Positions 26,497 to 37,236 of a DNA stretch of 64,000 bases are shown one piece after another. How positions within the stretch are numbered: position 1 is the stretch's first letter; each line of letters opens with the position of its first letter. This DNA is from Candidatus Collierbacteria bacterium (GTDB lineage: Bacteria > Patescibacteriota > Microgenomatia > UBA1400 > MFAQ01), in assembly GCA_903884375.1 (NCBI GenBank), contig CAISER010000041.1:9164-73163 (forward strand), given 5' to 3'. A program made the position numbers and the translations under genes. The notes under the pieces are model-generated. The model was not told where the DNA came from, searched no databases, and saw only the letters and a program-made list of their open reading frames with translations.

Positions 26497-27417
26497 TTAA
26501 AGCAGTTTATCGAATTCGGAAATGGTAAATTCAAAGACGTTTTCCAGATCTCCTTCCATAATTTCTTTGAGATTGTGCCAGGATTTGCCAATTCGGTGGT
26601 CAGTTAGGCGATTTTGTGGAAAATTGTATGTTTTGACTTTTTCGGCTCTCATTCCGCTACCTACGGCTAGGGAGCGCTTATCAGATAGGGTCAAAAGTCG
26701 CTTCTCTTCTTCTTTTTGCCAGATTTTGGAACGTATCATATTGAGAGCGATTTCCTTATTTCTGGCTTGATAACGTTCCTCGTGAACAAAAACAGTAATT
26801 CCTGTTGGTTTGTGGGTAAGTCGAACAGCAGTGTTGACTTTATTAACATTCTGACCCCCTGGGCCTCCGGCTCTGGTAAACTGCCAATCGAGGTCGGTTT
26901 CTTGAATTTCAACTTGTGTAGGCTTTACTTCCGGAAGTACCGCTACGGTAGCTGTAGAGGTCTGTATTCGCCCTTGTGCTTCGGTTATGGGTACTCTTTG
27001 AACTCGGTGAACTCCTGACTCATATTGAAACGTTTCGTAAGCTCCATGATTCCACAAAGTGCGATTGGGACGTGAGAATTTAACCACCCCATCATCAATA
27101 TTTTCGATGGTAAATCCTTTTTCTACCGCAAAGCGGGTGTACATACGAAGTAAATCCATGGCAAATATTTTTGATTCATCTCCGCCTGCAGCACCACGAA
27201 TCTCGACGATAGCAGGAGAATCATTGAAATTATCTGAAGTATCAACTTCACCCTCAAGACGATTATTGTTTAATAACAAGGAGTCGAGTTGTTTTTGAAG
27301 TTTTTCAACTTCGGATTTGGCAAGAATACCCAAATCGGGGTCATTTTCTAATGCTTTATTTGCCTTAATTTCGTTCTCGATACGAGTGATTTCTGATGAA
27401 ATATACGGATTATCCAT
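26497..27417 (-). CDS. prfA: peptide chain release factor 1 (short N-terminal domain)
   Basis: [11 protein letters not shown] (PxT), [23 protein letters not shown]; follows rpmE. Confidence 0.93.
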   Translation of the reverse strand: MDNPYISSEITRIENEIKANKALENDPDLGILAKSEVEKLQKQLDSLLLNNNRLEGEVDTSDNFNDSPAIVEIRGAAGGDESKIFAMDLLRMYTRFAVEKGFTIENIDDGVVKFSRPNRTLWNHGAYETFQYESGVHRVQRVPITEAQGRIQTSTATVAVLPEVKPTQVEIQETDLDWQFTRAGGPGGQNVNKVNTAVRLTHKPTGITVFVHEERYQARNKEIALNMIRSKIWQKEEEKRLLTLSDKRSLAVGSGMRAEKVKTYNFPQNRLTDHRIGKSWHNLKEIMEGDLENVFEFTISEFDKLL

Positions 27418-27474
27418 AAGAATAGATTACATTTTATATTGTACAAGGTGAATTGTTGCGGAAAAGTTCTTAAT

Positions 27475-27810
27475 CTATTCTGTTATAGCTTCTTCGGCTT
27501 GAGATTTCTCTGTTTTAGCATCAGCTTTTTTCTTCGCTTCAAGCATTTCCTTTAAGGTTTTGGGATTGGAATCCAGTTCTTTCTTTTCTTTACCTTTTTT
27601 AACGTATCCTGAGGCTGCTTTACGTTTGGCAATAAATTTGTCAACTCTACCCATAGAATCAATAAAACGTTGAGTACCGGTAAAGAAAGGGTGACATTTA
27701 TCACAAACATCTACGTGAAGGACTTTGGATGTTCCACCCACGGTAAAAACGTTACCACAAGCACAAGTAACGGTAGTTTCTTGGTATTCTGGATGTAGAT
27801 TCTGTTTCAT
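27475..27810 (-). CDS. rpmE: 50S ribosomal protein L31 with C-terminal extension
   Basis: [25 protein letters not shown]. Confidence 0.96.
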   Translation of the reverse strand: MKQNLHPEYQETTVTCACGNVFTVGGTSKVLHVDVCDKCHPFFTGTQRFIDSMGRVDKFIAKRKAASGYVKKGKEKKELDSNPKTLKEMLEAKKKADAKTEKSQAEEAITE

Positions 27811-27909
27811 AGCCTTTGTATTTTAACACATGAGCCTATTTTTGGTTAATCTGACATAGATATTCAGACGGATTGATCTTGTTATCCGATGGATAGGAAA
27901 ATGAAGTAA

Positions 27910-28782
27910 CTAACGTTTTTCGGAAGTAATGACACCAAAAATAATGAGTATTGTGGCAAGAATAGCTATAGGCGAAAAGGTTTCTTTAAGCCATAAAATT
28001 GAAAGGGGAATAGCAAAGGCAGGTTTTAGGTAGGTAAAAACAGCCGCTTCCGAAGCCTCAATGCGTTTTTGACCTTCTTGGTACGCCCAGAAAGCGATGA
28101 TGGAGCCACCAATAGCCATGTAAAGTATTCCTGGAAGTGCCAGAGGATTAATTAATAAAGGCGTCTTGCTTGAAACAGAAATGAAATAGAAAAACGGAAT
28201 ACTAAGAAGAAATGAATAAAAGGAAAGATAAATTGGGTTGGTTTGGATTTTTTTAGACAGAATAATAAAAAGAGTCCAGATAATATTACTGAGAATAATC
28301 AATAAGTTTCCCTGAACGGAGAGCCGAAGGTGATTTTGGCCGACGAGTAGTGGCTCTAGGGCAATAATAAATGTACCAATGATGGCGATAACAAGACCTT
28401 TCCACTCTTTTGGTTTTACTGTTTCTTTTAGAAAGAAATAACACATCAAAACCGTAAAGATGGGACTTGACGACTCCAAAATCGAAGCTTCAACTGCAGT
28501 TGTTTGATTTAGGCCGTAAAAAAGAGGAAGAAGACAAAGCGGTGTGCCAAGGAGGGCAATAATTATTGTTTGAAGATGGCTAATATGATGTTTTGTGTGG
28601 GTACGGTAAATTAAAAAAAATGGGAGAAAAATAACAGTGGCAAATAAATAGCGATACAAGAGAAACACAGAAGGAGATACGAATTGAAAAGAGTGCTTAA
28701 TAATTGGTGCAGAAAAACCCCAAAGAGCAGTATTTATTAACAGTATGAAATAAGCAATAGAACGGTTTTTTAACCGGGGCAT
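27910..28782 (-). CDS. EamA/DMT family transporter
   Basis: about 10 TM segments, LWG, PIF...FLKE and its repeat. Confidence 0.9.
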   Translation of the reverse strand: MPRLKNRSIAYFILLINTALWGFSAPIIKHSFQFVSPSVFLLYRYLFATVIFLPFFLIYRTHTKHHISHLQTIIIALLGTPLCLLPLFYGLNQTTAVEASILESSSPIFTVLMCYFFLKETVKPKEWKGLVIAIIGTFIIALEPLLVGQNHLRLSVQGNLLIILSNIIWTLFIILSKKIQTNPIYLSFYSFLLSIPFFYFISVSSKTPLLINPLALPGILYMAIGGSIIAFWAYQEGQKRIEASEAAVFTYLKPAFAIPLSILWLKETFSPIAILATILIIFGVITSEKR

Positions 28783-28801
28783 TGTATTATTTTAGCTTAA
28801 C

Positions 28802-29440
28802 TTAGAGAGATTTGGCACGAGATATTGAAAGGGAGCCATTGTATTCTTTGATTATTCCCAGAATAGTTTGACCGGCTTTGTACTCGTCCAGCTTGACGGT
28901 AGATTTTTTTGAAAGTGATAGAGCTTGATCGATTCCATCAATTGAAAGAGTAACCGTTTTCTTTTTTAGATCAATGGCTGTTATTTTGGCTACCACTGCG
29001 GTAGTTTTTACTAAAATGGGATCATCTTTAATCACAGTAATTCTTTTGGCAGAAACGATGCCATCTTTAACGGAAGTGCCGATAACGATTATCTTGTCAT
29101 TAATAGCTAGAGATGTAAATTTAATGACAGATGACCCATCTTTAAGAAATATTGTTTTTGTGCTGGTGGGTACTTGGATTAAATTACCATGGGATTCAAG
29201 AGTTAAATTGCCTGAACTGATAGTGGTTATTTTACCGACAAAACCTACGAGTGATTGAAGATCTACTTTTTCTTTAAGTTTCGCTTCGGTGGTAGCTAGA
29301 TTTTCTTTGATTAATTGTTTTACTTGATCTGCCATATTGGTTGTTGGTTCAGCTGAAGGTGTCGCGGAAATGGCAAATATTCTGCGGGGAGAAGTAAAAC
29401 AAAAAGTAAAAACAATGGCGATTAATATTATTTTTTTCAT
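28802..29440 (-). CDS. exported protein with OB-like beta repeats (DUF5666-like)
   Basis: signal peptide; GKITTIS...GDKIIVIG-like pattern; AKRI. Confidence 0.65.
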   Translation of the reverse strand: MKKIILIAIVFTFCFTSPRRIFAISATPSAEPTTNMADQVKQLIKENLATTEAKLKEKVDLQSLVGFVGKITTISSGNLTLESHGNLIQVPTSTKTIFLKDGSSVIKFTSLAINDKIIVIGTSVKDGIVSAKRITVIKDDPILVKTTAVVAKITAIDLKKKTVTLSIDGIDQALSLSKKSTVKLDEYKAGQTILGIIKEYNGSLSISRAKSL

Positions 29441-29441
29441 T

Positions 29442-29876
29442 TTATTCAGGCAAATTATCTGTATGGATAACAATAATCGATGCCGAGGAAGTAGCCTGAT
29501 TTTCGTCAACAGCAGTAACGCTTACCTGATTTTCTCCATTTATTAAATTGATTAACGATGTAAAGTTGCCGGAAGTATCAGCGGTGATAATAAGATCATC
29601 ATTTTCCGTAATAATAGCAATCGATGAATTAGGCTTAGCAACACCTTTAAGGGTGATTTTATCCTCAGTTATCACTGAGTTGTTTTGTGGATAAACGATT
29701 GATATTTGATCGTCTTTTTTGGGAGATAGGGTTGGGGTAGTCTGAGAATTTTTATCCAATAGATTGTCGATATCTTGATTTAAAATAGAGGATTTATTGG
29801 CTAAATTAATGCCATAAAGAATGATTCCTCCAAGAAGGACTCCTATTATCACGGCTAAAATAACTTCTTTGCGCAT
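29442..29876 (-). CDS. membrane-anchored Ig-like domain protein
   Basis: N-terminal TM; ITLKG...ADTSGNF...LINGENQVSVTAVD. Confidence 0.75.
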   Translation of the reverse strand: MRKEVILAVIIGVLLGGIILYGINLANKSSILNQDIDNLLDKNSQTTPTLSPKKDDQISIVYPQNNSVITEDKITLKGVAKPNSSIAIITENDDLIITADTSGNFTSLINLINGENQVSVTAVDENQATSSASIIVIHTDNLPE

Positions 29877-30034
29877 AGTCTTTCGAGTGAAAGGATAACA
29901 GTTTGATAAGGGATTTGCAAGTTTTGATAAGTGTATTGTGATATGAGCTTATATATTTTAGATAACAATAAAAAACATTTAATTATTCTTTTCTGTTTGT
30001 AACATTTTTTTAATTTGTAGGGTATCATAGTTCT

Positions 30035-30700
30035 ATGGAAATCACATATTTGGGCCACTCATGTTTTAAGTTAAAAAATAAAGAAGGAATGACAGTTTTA
30101 ATGGATCCTTTTAATAGTCAAAGTCTTGGATTACCACTGGCAAAAGAAGTTGCTGATATTGTTACAATTTCTCATGGTCACGATGACCACAATGCGGTGG
30201 ATATAGTCACGGGGCCGGTGACACGTCAAAGTACATTTGTAATTGACAAAGAAGGTGAATATGAAATAGGTGGAGTAGAGGTTACGGCAACAAAAATGTA
30301 TCACGATAAAGTTGACGGAGCTGAACGGGGAAAGAATTTAATTGTTAGTATTAGAATGGACGGGGTAAATATTTTGCATCTTGGTGATTTAGGCCATACT
30401 TTGACCGATGCGCAAATTGAAAAAATTGGGTCGGTGGATGTACTAATGGCTAATGTTGGCGGACAAACATCACTAGAAATTGATGAAATGATGCACTTAG
30501 TTGGAGAAATTCAACCTTCATATATGATTCCTATGCATTATAAGGTTGATGGAATAAGTGAAATTTTTGCCAAAAAACACAGCTTGGAAGAATTTTTAGA
30601 TAAGAACAAGTTTTTGGTATCTGGCGAACCAGTGCATAAGATTAAAGTTGAAGAAGGAAATCTGCCCGACGATACACAAGTACTAATAATGAATGCCTAA
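30035..30700 (+). CDS. MBL-fold metallo-hydrolase
   Basis: YLGHSCF, ISHGHDDH, HLGDLG, IPMHY. Confidence 0.92.
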   Translation: MEITYLGHSCFKLKNKEGMTVLMDPFNSQSLGLPLAKEVADIVTISHGHDDHNAVDIVTGPVTRQSTFVIDKEGEYEIGGVEVTATKMYHDKVDGAERGKNLIVSIRMDGVNILHLGDLGHTLTDAQIEKIGSVDVLMANVGGQTSLEIDEMMHLVGEIQPSYMIPMHYKVDGISEIFAKKHSLEEFLDKNKFLVSGEPVHKIKVEEGNLPDDTQVLIMNA

Positions 30701-32003
30701 CACGAGAATCCCACCTCATTCTGATGAGGCGGAAAAATCGATACTGGGAGCGATACTAATCGATAAAGATGCAATAGTAGATATTGCTGTTTTGTTACGT
30801 CCGGTAATGTTCTACAACGAGAATAATGGAACTGTTTTTGACGCGATGGTTTCCTTGTACGAAAACCGTGATCCAATTGATGTTTTAACGGTAGCCGATT
30901 GGTTAAAAAAATCCAAATTACTGGATAGAGTTGGTGGAAAGTCATATCTGTCGGAACTATCCAATGAAGTACCTGTTGCTTCTCATGTAAATAAGTATGC
31001 ACAAATTGTTCGCGAAACATATATTAAAAGACAGTTAATTTCAGCTGGTGCTTCAATGGGAGAGATGGGTTTTGATGAAAGTAAGCCTTTAGGGGAGATT
31101 CTGGATAAAGCAGAGCAAGAGATTTATTCATTATCACAGACTCACGTACGAAGATCATTTGTGCCAATTAAAGATGCTCTAGCAGAAAGTTTTGATCGTC
31201 TTGACTCGTTACAAAACTCTCCCGATGGTCTTCGTGGCGTTCCGACTGGTTTTTCAGATTTGGATCGAATGTTGGCCGGAATGCAAGATAGCAACCTTTT
31301 GATTTTGGCGGCTCGACCTGGAATTGGAAAAACAGCTTTCGCAACCAACGTGGCACAGTACGTGGCAGTAGAAAAAAAGATGCCGGTTGGTTACTTTGCC
31401 CTAGAAATGAGCAACTTGGAAATGGTTGACCGTATGCTCGTGTCACAAGCGAATATTGATGCATGGAAGTTAAAAACGGGAAATTTGAAAGATGATGATT
31501 TCGCCAGGTTGTCGGAAGGGATGGGAGTTTTAGCTGAATCTCCTTTGTATATTGACGATACTCCGGGGCAATCAATTTTGGAACTGCGTACCAAAGCCAG
31601 ACGATTGCATTCTCAGGTTGGCATGAAATTATTAGTGGTTGACTATTTACAATTGTGTGTCGGTGATAAAAGCTATGAAAGTCGCGTTCAGGAGGTTGGA
31701 GCCATATCACAAGGTTTAAAAAACTTGGCGCGTGAGCTTAAAATACCAGTGTTAGCTCTTTCACAGTTAAATCGTGGAGTTGAAAGTCGAACTGATAAAA
31801 CGCCTGTTTTGGCAGACTTACGTGAATCAGGGAGTATCGAACAAGACGCTGATGTGGTGATGTTTCTTTATCGAAATGATGAAAGCAATTTGGAAGATGT
31901 GAAATTAGCAGTTGCCAAACACCGTAATGGTGCATTGGGAACTATTGATCTTAAGTTCCGCGGTGATCGTGTTAAGTTTTATGGAGTTGAAAGAGGAAGA
32001 TAG
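30693..32003 (+). CDS. dnaB: replicative DNA helicase
   Basis: PPHSDEAE, AARPGIGKT, VDYLQL, LSQLNR, DLRESGSIEQDAD, KHRNG. Confidence 0.98.
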   Translation: MPNTRIPPHSDEAEKSILGAILIDKDAIVDIAVLLRPVMFYNENNGTVFDAMVSLYENRDPIDVLTVADWLKKSKLLDRVGGKSYLSELSNEVPVASHVNKYAQIVRETYIKRQLISAGASMGEMGFDESKPLGEILDKAEQEIYSLSQTHVRRSFVPIKDALAESFDRLDSLQNSPDGLRGVPTGFSDLDRMLAGMQDSNLLILAARPGIGKTAFATNVAQYVAVEKKMPVGYFALEMSNLEMVDRMLVSQANIDAWKLKTGNLKDDDFARLSEGMGVLAESPLYIDDTPGQSILELRTKARRLHSQVGMKLLVVDYLQLCVGDKSYESRVQEVGAISQGLKNLARELKIPVLALSQLNRGVESRTDKTPVLADLRESGSIEQDADVVMFLYRNDESNLEDVKLAVAKHRNGALGTIDLKFRGDRVKFYGVERGR

Positions 32004-32006
32004 TAT

Positions 32007-32184
32007 TGAACATTTTCTTAGTGCCGAGAGAGGGGATCGAGATTCGGTCAATACTTTGTATTGCCTCATCCTGCCTCACCAGGTTCGTTACGAAACTGGT
32101 TCCGGCATGTTCGTTCCCCTATATGACTAAAAAAATATTCACCACAAGGGTGAACATTTTCTTAGTGCCGAGAGAGGGGATCGA
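32007..32184. repeat. 34-bp direct repeat containing the tRNA-Leu 3' end
   Basis: TGAACATTTTCTTAGTGCCGAGAGAGGGGATCGA at 32007-32040 and 32151-32184. Confidence 0.92.
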
Positions 32185-32248
32185 ACCCTCACGGCCTTGC
32201 GACCACAGGTTTTTGAGACCTGAGCGTATACCATTCCGCCATCTCGGC
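32166..32248 (-). tRNA. tRNA-Leu (CAA); CCA not encoded
   Basis: minus strand: GCCGAGA/TCTCGGC acceptor, CAGGT-CTCAAAA-ACCTG anticodon arm, long variable arm, GGTTCGATCC T arm. Confidence 0.95.
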
Positions 32249-32309
32249 ATCATTCAATATTATACCCTAGTATAGGTTCAAATTTAGCGTTTGGTGGTAA
32301 AATATACGA

Positions 32310-32870
32310 ATGATTGACGTAAACAAACTAAAGGTTGGTGTTACTTTTACTGAGGAAGGGCAGCCGTTTCGGGTAATGAAATATGATTTTACTAAGATGG
32401 GGAGAGGTAATGCCACGATAAAAGTGAAAGCTAAGAACCTTTTTAATGGTTCTATTGTGACAAAAGGATATATCTCTGGCAATATGGTTGAGGATATTCT
32501 TTTGGAAAAAAAGCACTTACAATATTTATACAAAGACGATATTAATGCCTATTTTATGGACCCCGTGTCATTTGAACAGTGTGAAATTCCCTTGATTGTT
32601 TTGGGAGATGACGTCAAGTATTTAGTTGAAGGAGAAAAAGCCTGGGTTCTTTTTTGGGATGAAAAAATATTAGGTGTGGAGTTACAGGCAAGTGTGATTA
32701 TGGAGATTACAGAGACTGAACCAGGTGCAAGAGGAAATACCGTTAGTAATGTTCTTAAACCAGCTAAAACTGCTTCAGGGCTCACCGTAATGGTACCTTT
32801 GTTTATTGGTGTAGGTGACAAGATTAAGGTAAATACAGAGACAGGTCAGTATACTGCTCGATCTAACTAA
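32310..32870 (+). CDS. efp: elongation factor P
   Basis: KMGRGNA loop (Arg at the modified position), LQYLY, TEPGARGNT, VPLFI, Y-x-x-R end. Confidence 0.96.
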   Translation: MIDVNKLKVGVTFTEEGQPFRVMKYDFTKMGRGNATIKVKAKNLFNGSIVTKGYISGNMVEDILLEKKHLQYLYKDDINAYFMDPVSFEQCEIPLIVLGDDVKYLVEGEKAWVLFWDEKILGVELQASVIMEITETEPGARGNTVSNVLKPAKTASGLTVMVPLFIGVGDKIKVNTETGQYTARSN

Positions 32871-32872
32871 AT

Positions 32873-33319
32873 TTATTTTAAAACGAGAACAATAAGGATT
32901 ACAAGAATTTGGGGAAGGATTCCCCAGAGTTTTTGTGGGGTGGAACGATGAACCCAGCCATGTAAAACGGCGAGTTGTTTAATTGGAAAAAATTTCATAT
33001 TAAGAAACAAATATGGGAATTCTAAAAAATCAGGAAGCAGACCCACAAACCAGCCAAGCCAAACGTGCCAATCAAGTGGATTGCCTACTTGAAAAACAAA
33101 ATAGACAAAAAGAATAGAAAGAGGAAAATCGAAAAATAATTCTTCCAAAAAGGCAGCCATCTTTGATTTCTTTTTTCGAGTAAGTCCTTGACCAATATCC
33201 CAATGTGGAACACGGTCTTCAACATAATGGGAAATAATTATTAGTGGGATACTAATGAAGGGATTGGGGATTTTAGAGGCTATAAGAGCGCCAGTGGCGC
33301 CATGGGCAATAGATAGCAT
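32873..33319 (-). CDS. hypothetical membrane protein (metal-dependent hydrolase-like)
   Basis: H...SHYVEDRVPHWD...LLPD...H...H pattern with TM segments. Confidence 0.65.
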   Translation of the reverse strand: MLSIAHGATGALIASKIPNPFISIPLIIISHYVEDRVPHWDIGQGLTRKKKSKMAAFLEELFFDFPLSILFVYFVFQVGNPLDWHVWLGWFVGLLPDFLEFPYLFLNMKFFPIKQLAVLHGWVHRSTPQKLWGILPQILVILIVLVLK

Positions 33320-33347
33320 GATGTTTTTTAGTATACAATATTTGGAG

Positions 33348-34085
33348 ATGAATGAAGCAATTTTAAGAATAAACAATATTTCGATATATGGCTTTGGTTT
33401 GTTGGCTGTGTTGTCATTTTTATGGGGATCATTCGTTTTTTTTAAAAAAGCAAACGAATCAAATTTTGAGGATAAATTAATACTGGATAGTGTTGTTCTA
33501 TCGGCATTTTGGGGTTTTATCTTAGGCAGAATAGCTTATTCGATATTAAATTTGGCGACATTTTGGAATCATTGGTCTAGGTTATTTTTATTGACTAACT
33601 ATCCCGGCCTTAATCAATTTGGAGTTATAGCCGGTTTGGCTGTTGGGTTATGGCTATGTATCAGAAAAACAAAAGAAAAATTTTTGGATTGGTTTGATAT
33701 TTTGATTTTAGGAATATTTTCTGGTTCATCGATATATTATGCCGGTCTGGCGATAATGGTATTTATGTGGCAATTTGTGGTTATGTCGGTATTATTTTTA
33801 TTAACATTTGTTTATTTTTGGAATATTGAAAAACGATATAGAACATTTGATTGGTATCGGAATAAAAAAACATCAGCCAAATCAGGATTTATTGTTGGTT
33901 TTTCTTTATCGATGATGGGATTGCATTATTTGCTTGATAGATTGATTTTGAATAATTATTCCTGGAAAGCTGGATTGTGGTGTGGAATGCTGTTTGTTGG
34001 AGGCTTGATTTTAGTGTATATTAGGTCTGGCAGGACAATAAACGACGATTTAAAAATAATTTTAAAAAATGGAAAAAGACAGTAA
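33348..34085 (+). CDS. prolipoprotein diacylglyceryl transferase-like membrane protein
   Basis: ISIYG, GFILGRIAY, PGL...G; near lspA; divergent. Confidence 0.65.
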   Translation: MNEAILRINNISIYGFGLLAVLSFLWGSFVFFKKANESNFEDKLILDSVVLSAFWGFILGRIAYSILNLATFWNHWSRLFLLTNYPGLNQFGVIAGLAVGLWLCIRKTKEKFLDWFDILILGIFSGSSIYYAGLAIMVFMWQFVVMSVLFLLTFVYFWNIEKRYRTFDWYRNKKTSAKSGFIVGFSLSMMGLHYLLDRLILNNYSWKAGLWCGMLFVGGLILVYIRSGRTINDDLKIILKNGKRQ

Positions 34086-34458
34086 AAAAATATTTTTTCC
34101 CGCACAACTATTAAAACCTTTGGTGGCATATTTGAAAGGGGAACAAAAAAAATTAAAGGAAACAAAAAAAGAACTTAAGGAAGTTGATCCATTTGTTACA
34201 GGCAATCGAGATGCTGATAACTCAGTTGATTCCGACGTGGCGGAAAACGTTGAACATGATCGAGCGTTTGCAATGCGAAGACAGGTAGCTAAATCACTGA
34301 TTGCGATTCGAAAGACACTAACAAGAATTAAAGTTGGGAAATATGGTATTTGCTCTGAGTGTGGAAAGATGATTGATACGGATAGATTAGCTGTTTCACC
34401 GACAGCAGAGTATTGTATGGAGTGTGCCAAAAAAGCTGAGAAAAAAACAATAGAGTGA
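34069..34458 (+). CDS. DksA/TraR C4-type zinc finger protein
   Basis: GKYGICSECGKMI...RL...P...CMEC after a coiled coil. Confidence 0.9.
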   Translation: MEKDSKKIFFPAQLLKPLVAYLKGEQKKLKETKKELKEVDPFVTGNRDADNSVDSDVAENVEHDRAFAMRRQVAKSLIAIRKTLTRIKVGKYGICSECGKMIDTDRLAVSPTAEYCMECAKKAEKKTIE

Positions 34459-34844
34459 TTTTTATTGGTGCGTTTATTCTGGGATTAGATTTGATTTTAC
34501 AAGTAATTTTTAGATTTAATAATTTTGGTTTAGAAAATAGGGGAGTAAGCTTTGGGGTTGTTGCCGAAAACGGATTAAATATATCTTTAATAGTTTTCTT
34601 TATATTTATTGTTATTTATTTTTATCAACTACATAAATATAGAAAAATTTCCTTATTTTATTCTTTGATAGCCTTGGGAGGAGTAGGAAATATCATTAAT
34701 AGGTTAATTTGGGGAAGTGTTTGGGATTATATTTGCCTTCCTATTTTGCCTTTCTGTTTTAATTTATCGGATATTTTAATCTGTATTGGTGTTTTGTCGT
34801 ATATACTTGGAATTGATGGAAATAGAGATCCTTTTCGAAGATAA
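34455..34844 (+). CDS. lspA: lipoprotein signal peptidase (short)
   Basis: NRGVSFG, GGVGNIINR, VWDYI, FNLSD. Confidence 0.85.
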   Translation: MIFIGAFILGLDLILQVIFRFNNFGLENRGVSFGVVAENGLNISLIVFFIFIVIYFYQLHKYRKISLFYSLIALGGVGNIINRLIWGSVWDYICLPILPFCFNLSDILICIGVLSYILGIDGNRDPFRR

Positions 34845-35544
34845 AGATACTTTGGTTATAAATAAGCCAGTTGGATTGGTGGTTAATCGGGCTGATTCAG
34901 TAAAAGATAAAACAGTTCAAGATTGGATTGAAGATAGATTGGGAGATGATTTTTTTCAGTATGATGATAGAGTGTTTCGTCAAAGAAGTGGTTTTTGTCA
35001 TCGATTGGATAAAGAAACAAGTGGTTGCCTGGTTATTGCCAAAAACCCTAAAGCGATGAATTATTACTTGAAGCTTTTTAAGAAAAGAAAGTTAAATAAA
35101 GAATATGTTGCCTTAGTCCATGGAAGAGTGGAACCCAATGAGGGTACTGTGATTCTTCCACTAAAACGAAGCTTAGTGGACCGGGAAAAATGGCAGGTGC
35201 ATTATGAAGGGAAAAGAGCCGAAACATCATGGACAGTATTAAACCGTTATAAATATAACAACTCAATGCATTGGAAGAATGCATTAACTTATCTAAGACT
35301 AAATCTAAAAACCGGTAGAACTCATCAAATAAGAGTACATCTATCATTTTTGGGATGGCCAATATTCGCAGATGAAAAATATTTAAATAAAGATTTGATT
35401 AGGCGAGATCGCGAGTTATTAAGTCACCATTTTTTACATGCCGAACAAATATCATTTAAATCATTTTCAGGAAAGGATGTGAAGATAATTGCTCCACTTC
35501 CCATTGATTGTGAGGTGTTGCTTAAGAGTATGGTTTCCGATTAG
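34816..35544 (+). CDS. RluA-family pseudouridine synthase
   Basis: NKPVGL, HRLDKETSG, TGRTHQIRVH, LHA. Confidence 0.95.
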   Translation: MEIEILFEDKDTLVINKPVGLVVNRADSVKDKTVQDWIEDRLGDDFFQYDDRVFRQRSGFCHRLDKETSGCLVIAKNPKAMNYYLKLFKKRKLNKEYVALVHGRVEPNEGTVILPLKRSLVDREKWQVHYEGKRAETSWTVLNRYKYNNSMHWKNALTYLRLNLKTGRTHQIRVHLSFLGWPIFADEKYLNKDLIRRDRELLSHHFLHAEQISFKSFSGKDVKIIAPLPIDCEVLLKSMVSD

Positions 35545-35553
35545 AATGATGTA

Positions 35554-37236
35554 ATGGAAATGTTTATTGTTGAGTTGGTTGCTGTGTTTGTGATTGCAGT
35601 ATTGGTTGGAATTATATTTCGTTATTTTGGTCTGCCATCTATCATTGGTCATGTATTGTCAGGATTTATGATTGGTTTTGTTGGGTTTGTAAGTTTTCCA
35701 AGTATTGATATTTTGGAAAAATTAGGAGTATTGGGAGTTACCTTGTTATTGTTTTTGGTGGGGCTGGAGATGGATTGGAAAGAGATAACAAAGGTTGGAA
35801 AAGAAGCGGTATTGTTGTTTATTGGACAAACGGTATTATTAATGGTTATTTATATTATCTTTGGTTTGTTTTTAATTAAATTCTCTGGTTTAACGGCAGT
35901 GCTTTTTGCTGTAACGATGACATTTAGTAGCACCATTGTTGTGGTAAAAGTATTATCTGAAAAAAAAGAATTAAATAGTTTTTCCGGACGATTATCTTTA
36001 GGAATTTTGTTGCTTCAAGATGTCTTGGCCATTGGCCTATTAGTTTTTTTACCAAGTTTTGGAAAGGGGATTAATATAAACGGTTTGGGTATATTATTTT
36101 TAAAATTAATTTTATTGATTTTGGCAGTGAATGTTGTTGGACATATGATAATTTCACAAATTATGAAACACGTTATTAAAACTGCAGAAGATTTGGTGCT
36201 TTTTAGTTTAGCTTGGTTTGTTTTGGTCGTATTTGGAACGGTTAGGTTGACAGGATTATCTCCTGAAGTGGGTGGTTTATTAGCAGGTTTATCACTGTCA
36301 ACAAGTTGGGGACACTTTCAAATTGTGAGTAAGATAAGAATTATCCGTGATGTATTTTTAACTTTGTTTTTTGTGTTATTAGGTTTTCAGGTGGGCTTAG
36401 GTTCAATCGATTGGAATTTGGTGATGATATTGATTCCTATGATTGTTGTAGTTAAGTTTCTTATTTCCCATTTAGTTTCTCGCATGATTGGACTTTCGGG
36501 AAGAAACGCAATCCAGATTGGTATTAATATGACTCAAACTTCGGAATTTTCTTTGGTGGTATTGTCAATTGGTCTTTTGGCCGGATTTTGGAATGAATCT
36601 TTAGTGAAAGCTGTTACATTGGCAGCACTATTTTCTATGGCTTTATCAACAATCTTGATTAGTAAAGCTGAAAAATTAAGTATCAAAATTGGCAAATTAT
36701 CAAAATTTCTGTTTGTTTTTGGAGGAAAAAATAAACAAATTAAAGTAGCATATAAAAATCACGTAGTCTTAGTCGGGTGCGATAGAACAGGAAAGGGCAT
36801 TTTGTCTTTTTTAAATAGGATTGGAGAAAAAACGGTAGTGGTTGATTTTAATCCTCAAGTGGTAGCAGATTTGAAAAAAAGGGGGGAAGCGGTTATTTAT
36901 GCTGACGCCACAGATCCTGATATTTTGGATCTTGCAAATATGACAGAAGCAAAGTTGATTATTTTGACGATTAAAAATGTTAATGACTCGTTGTCATTAA
37001 TTTCAGAATTAAACAATCGTAATATTGACGTAGCAATAATTGCAGACGCAGAGGGGATTGTCCAAGCGAAAGAACTGTATAAAGCGGGAGTATCTTATGT
37101 AATATTGCCTCATTTTGTGAGTGGTTGGCATTTGGGACAAATAATTAAAAAATATGGTAATGATAAAAAAACCTTAATAAGATATCGAAAAAATCAAGAT
37201 AATATTTTGAAAAATATTTATGAAGGCGAGTATTAA
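35554..37236 (+). CDS. CPA2/Kef-type cation:proton antiporter with TrkA-N domain
   Basis: LLLFLVGLE, SSTIVV, LLLQD, QTSEF, GCDRTG, YADAT. Confidence 0.92.
   Translation: MEMFIVELVAVFVIAVLVGIIFRYFGLPSIIGHVLSGFMIGFVGFVSFPSIDILEKLGVLGVTLLLFLVGLEMDWKEITKVGKEAVLLFIGQTVLLMVIYIIFGLFLIKFSGLTAVLFAVTMTFSSTIVVVKVLSEKKELNSFSGRLSLGILLLQDVLAIGLLVFLPSFGKGININGLGILFLKLILLILAVNVVGHMIISQIMKHVIKTAEDLVLFSLAWFVLVVFGTVRLTGLSPEVGGLLAGLSLSTSWGHFQIVSKIRIIRDVFLTLFFVLLGFQVGLGSIDWNLVMILIPMIVVVKFLISHLVSRMIGLSGRNAIQIGINMTQTSEFSLVVLSIGLLAGFWNESLVKAVTLAALFSMALSTILISKAEKLSIKIGKLSKFLFVFGGKNKQIKVAYKNHVVLVGCDRTGKGILSFLNRIGEKTVVVDFNPQVVADLKKRGEAVIYADATDPDILDLANMTEAKLIILTIKNVNDSLSLISELNNRNIDVAIIADAEGIVQAKELYKAGVSYVILPHFVSGWHLGQIIKKYGNDKKTLIRYRKNQDNILKNIYEGEY

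Noticed and set aside
26497-27417. RF2 with programmed frameshift, or genetic code 25
   Set aside because: The PxT motif marks RF1, the ORF is continuous, and TGA ends several conserved genes (dnaX, cysS).
32006-32275. 89-aa ORF with repeated NIFLVPREGIE
   Set aside because: It is an antisense reading of tRNA-Leu and its duplicated 3' end.
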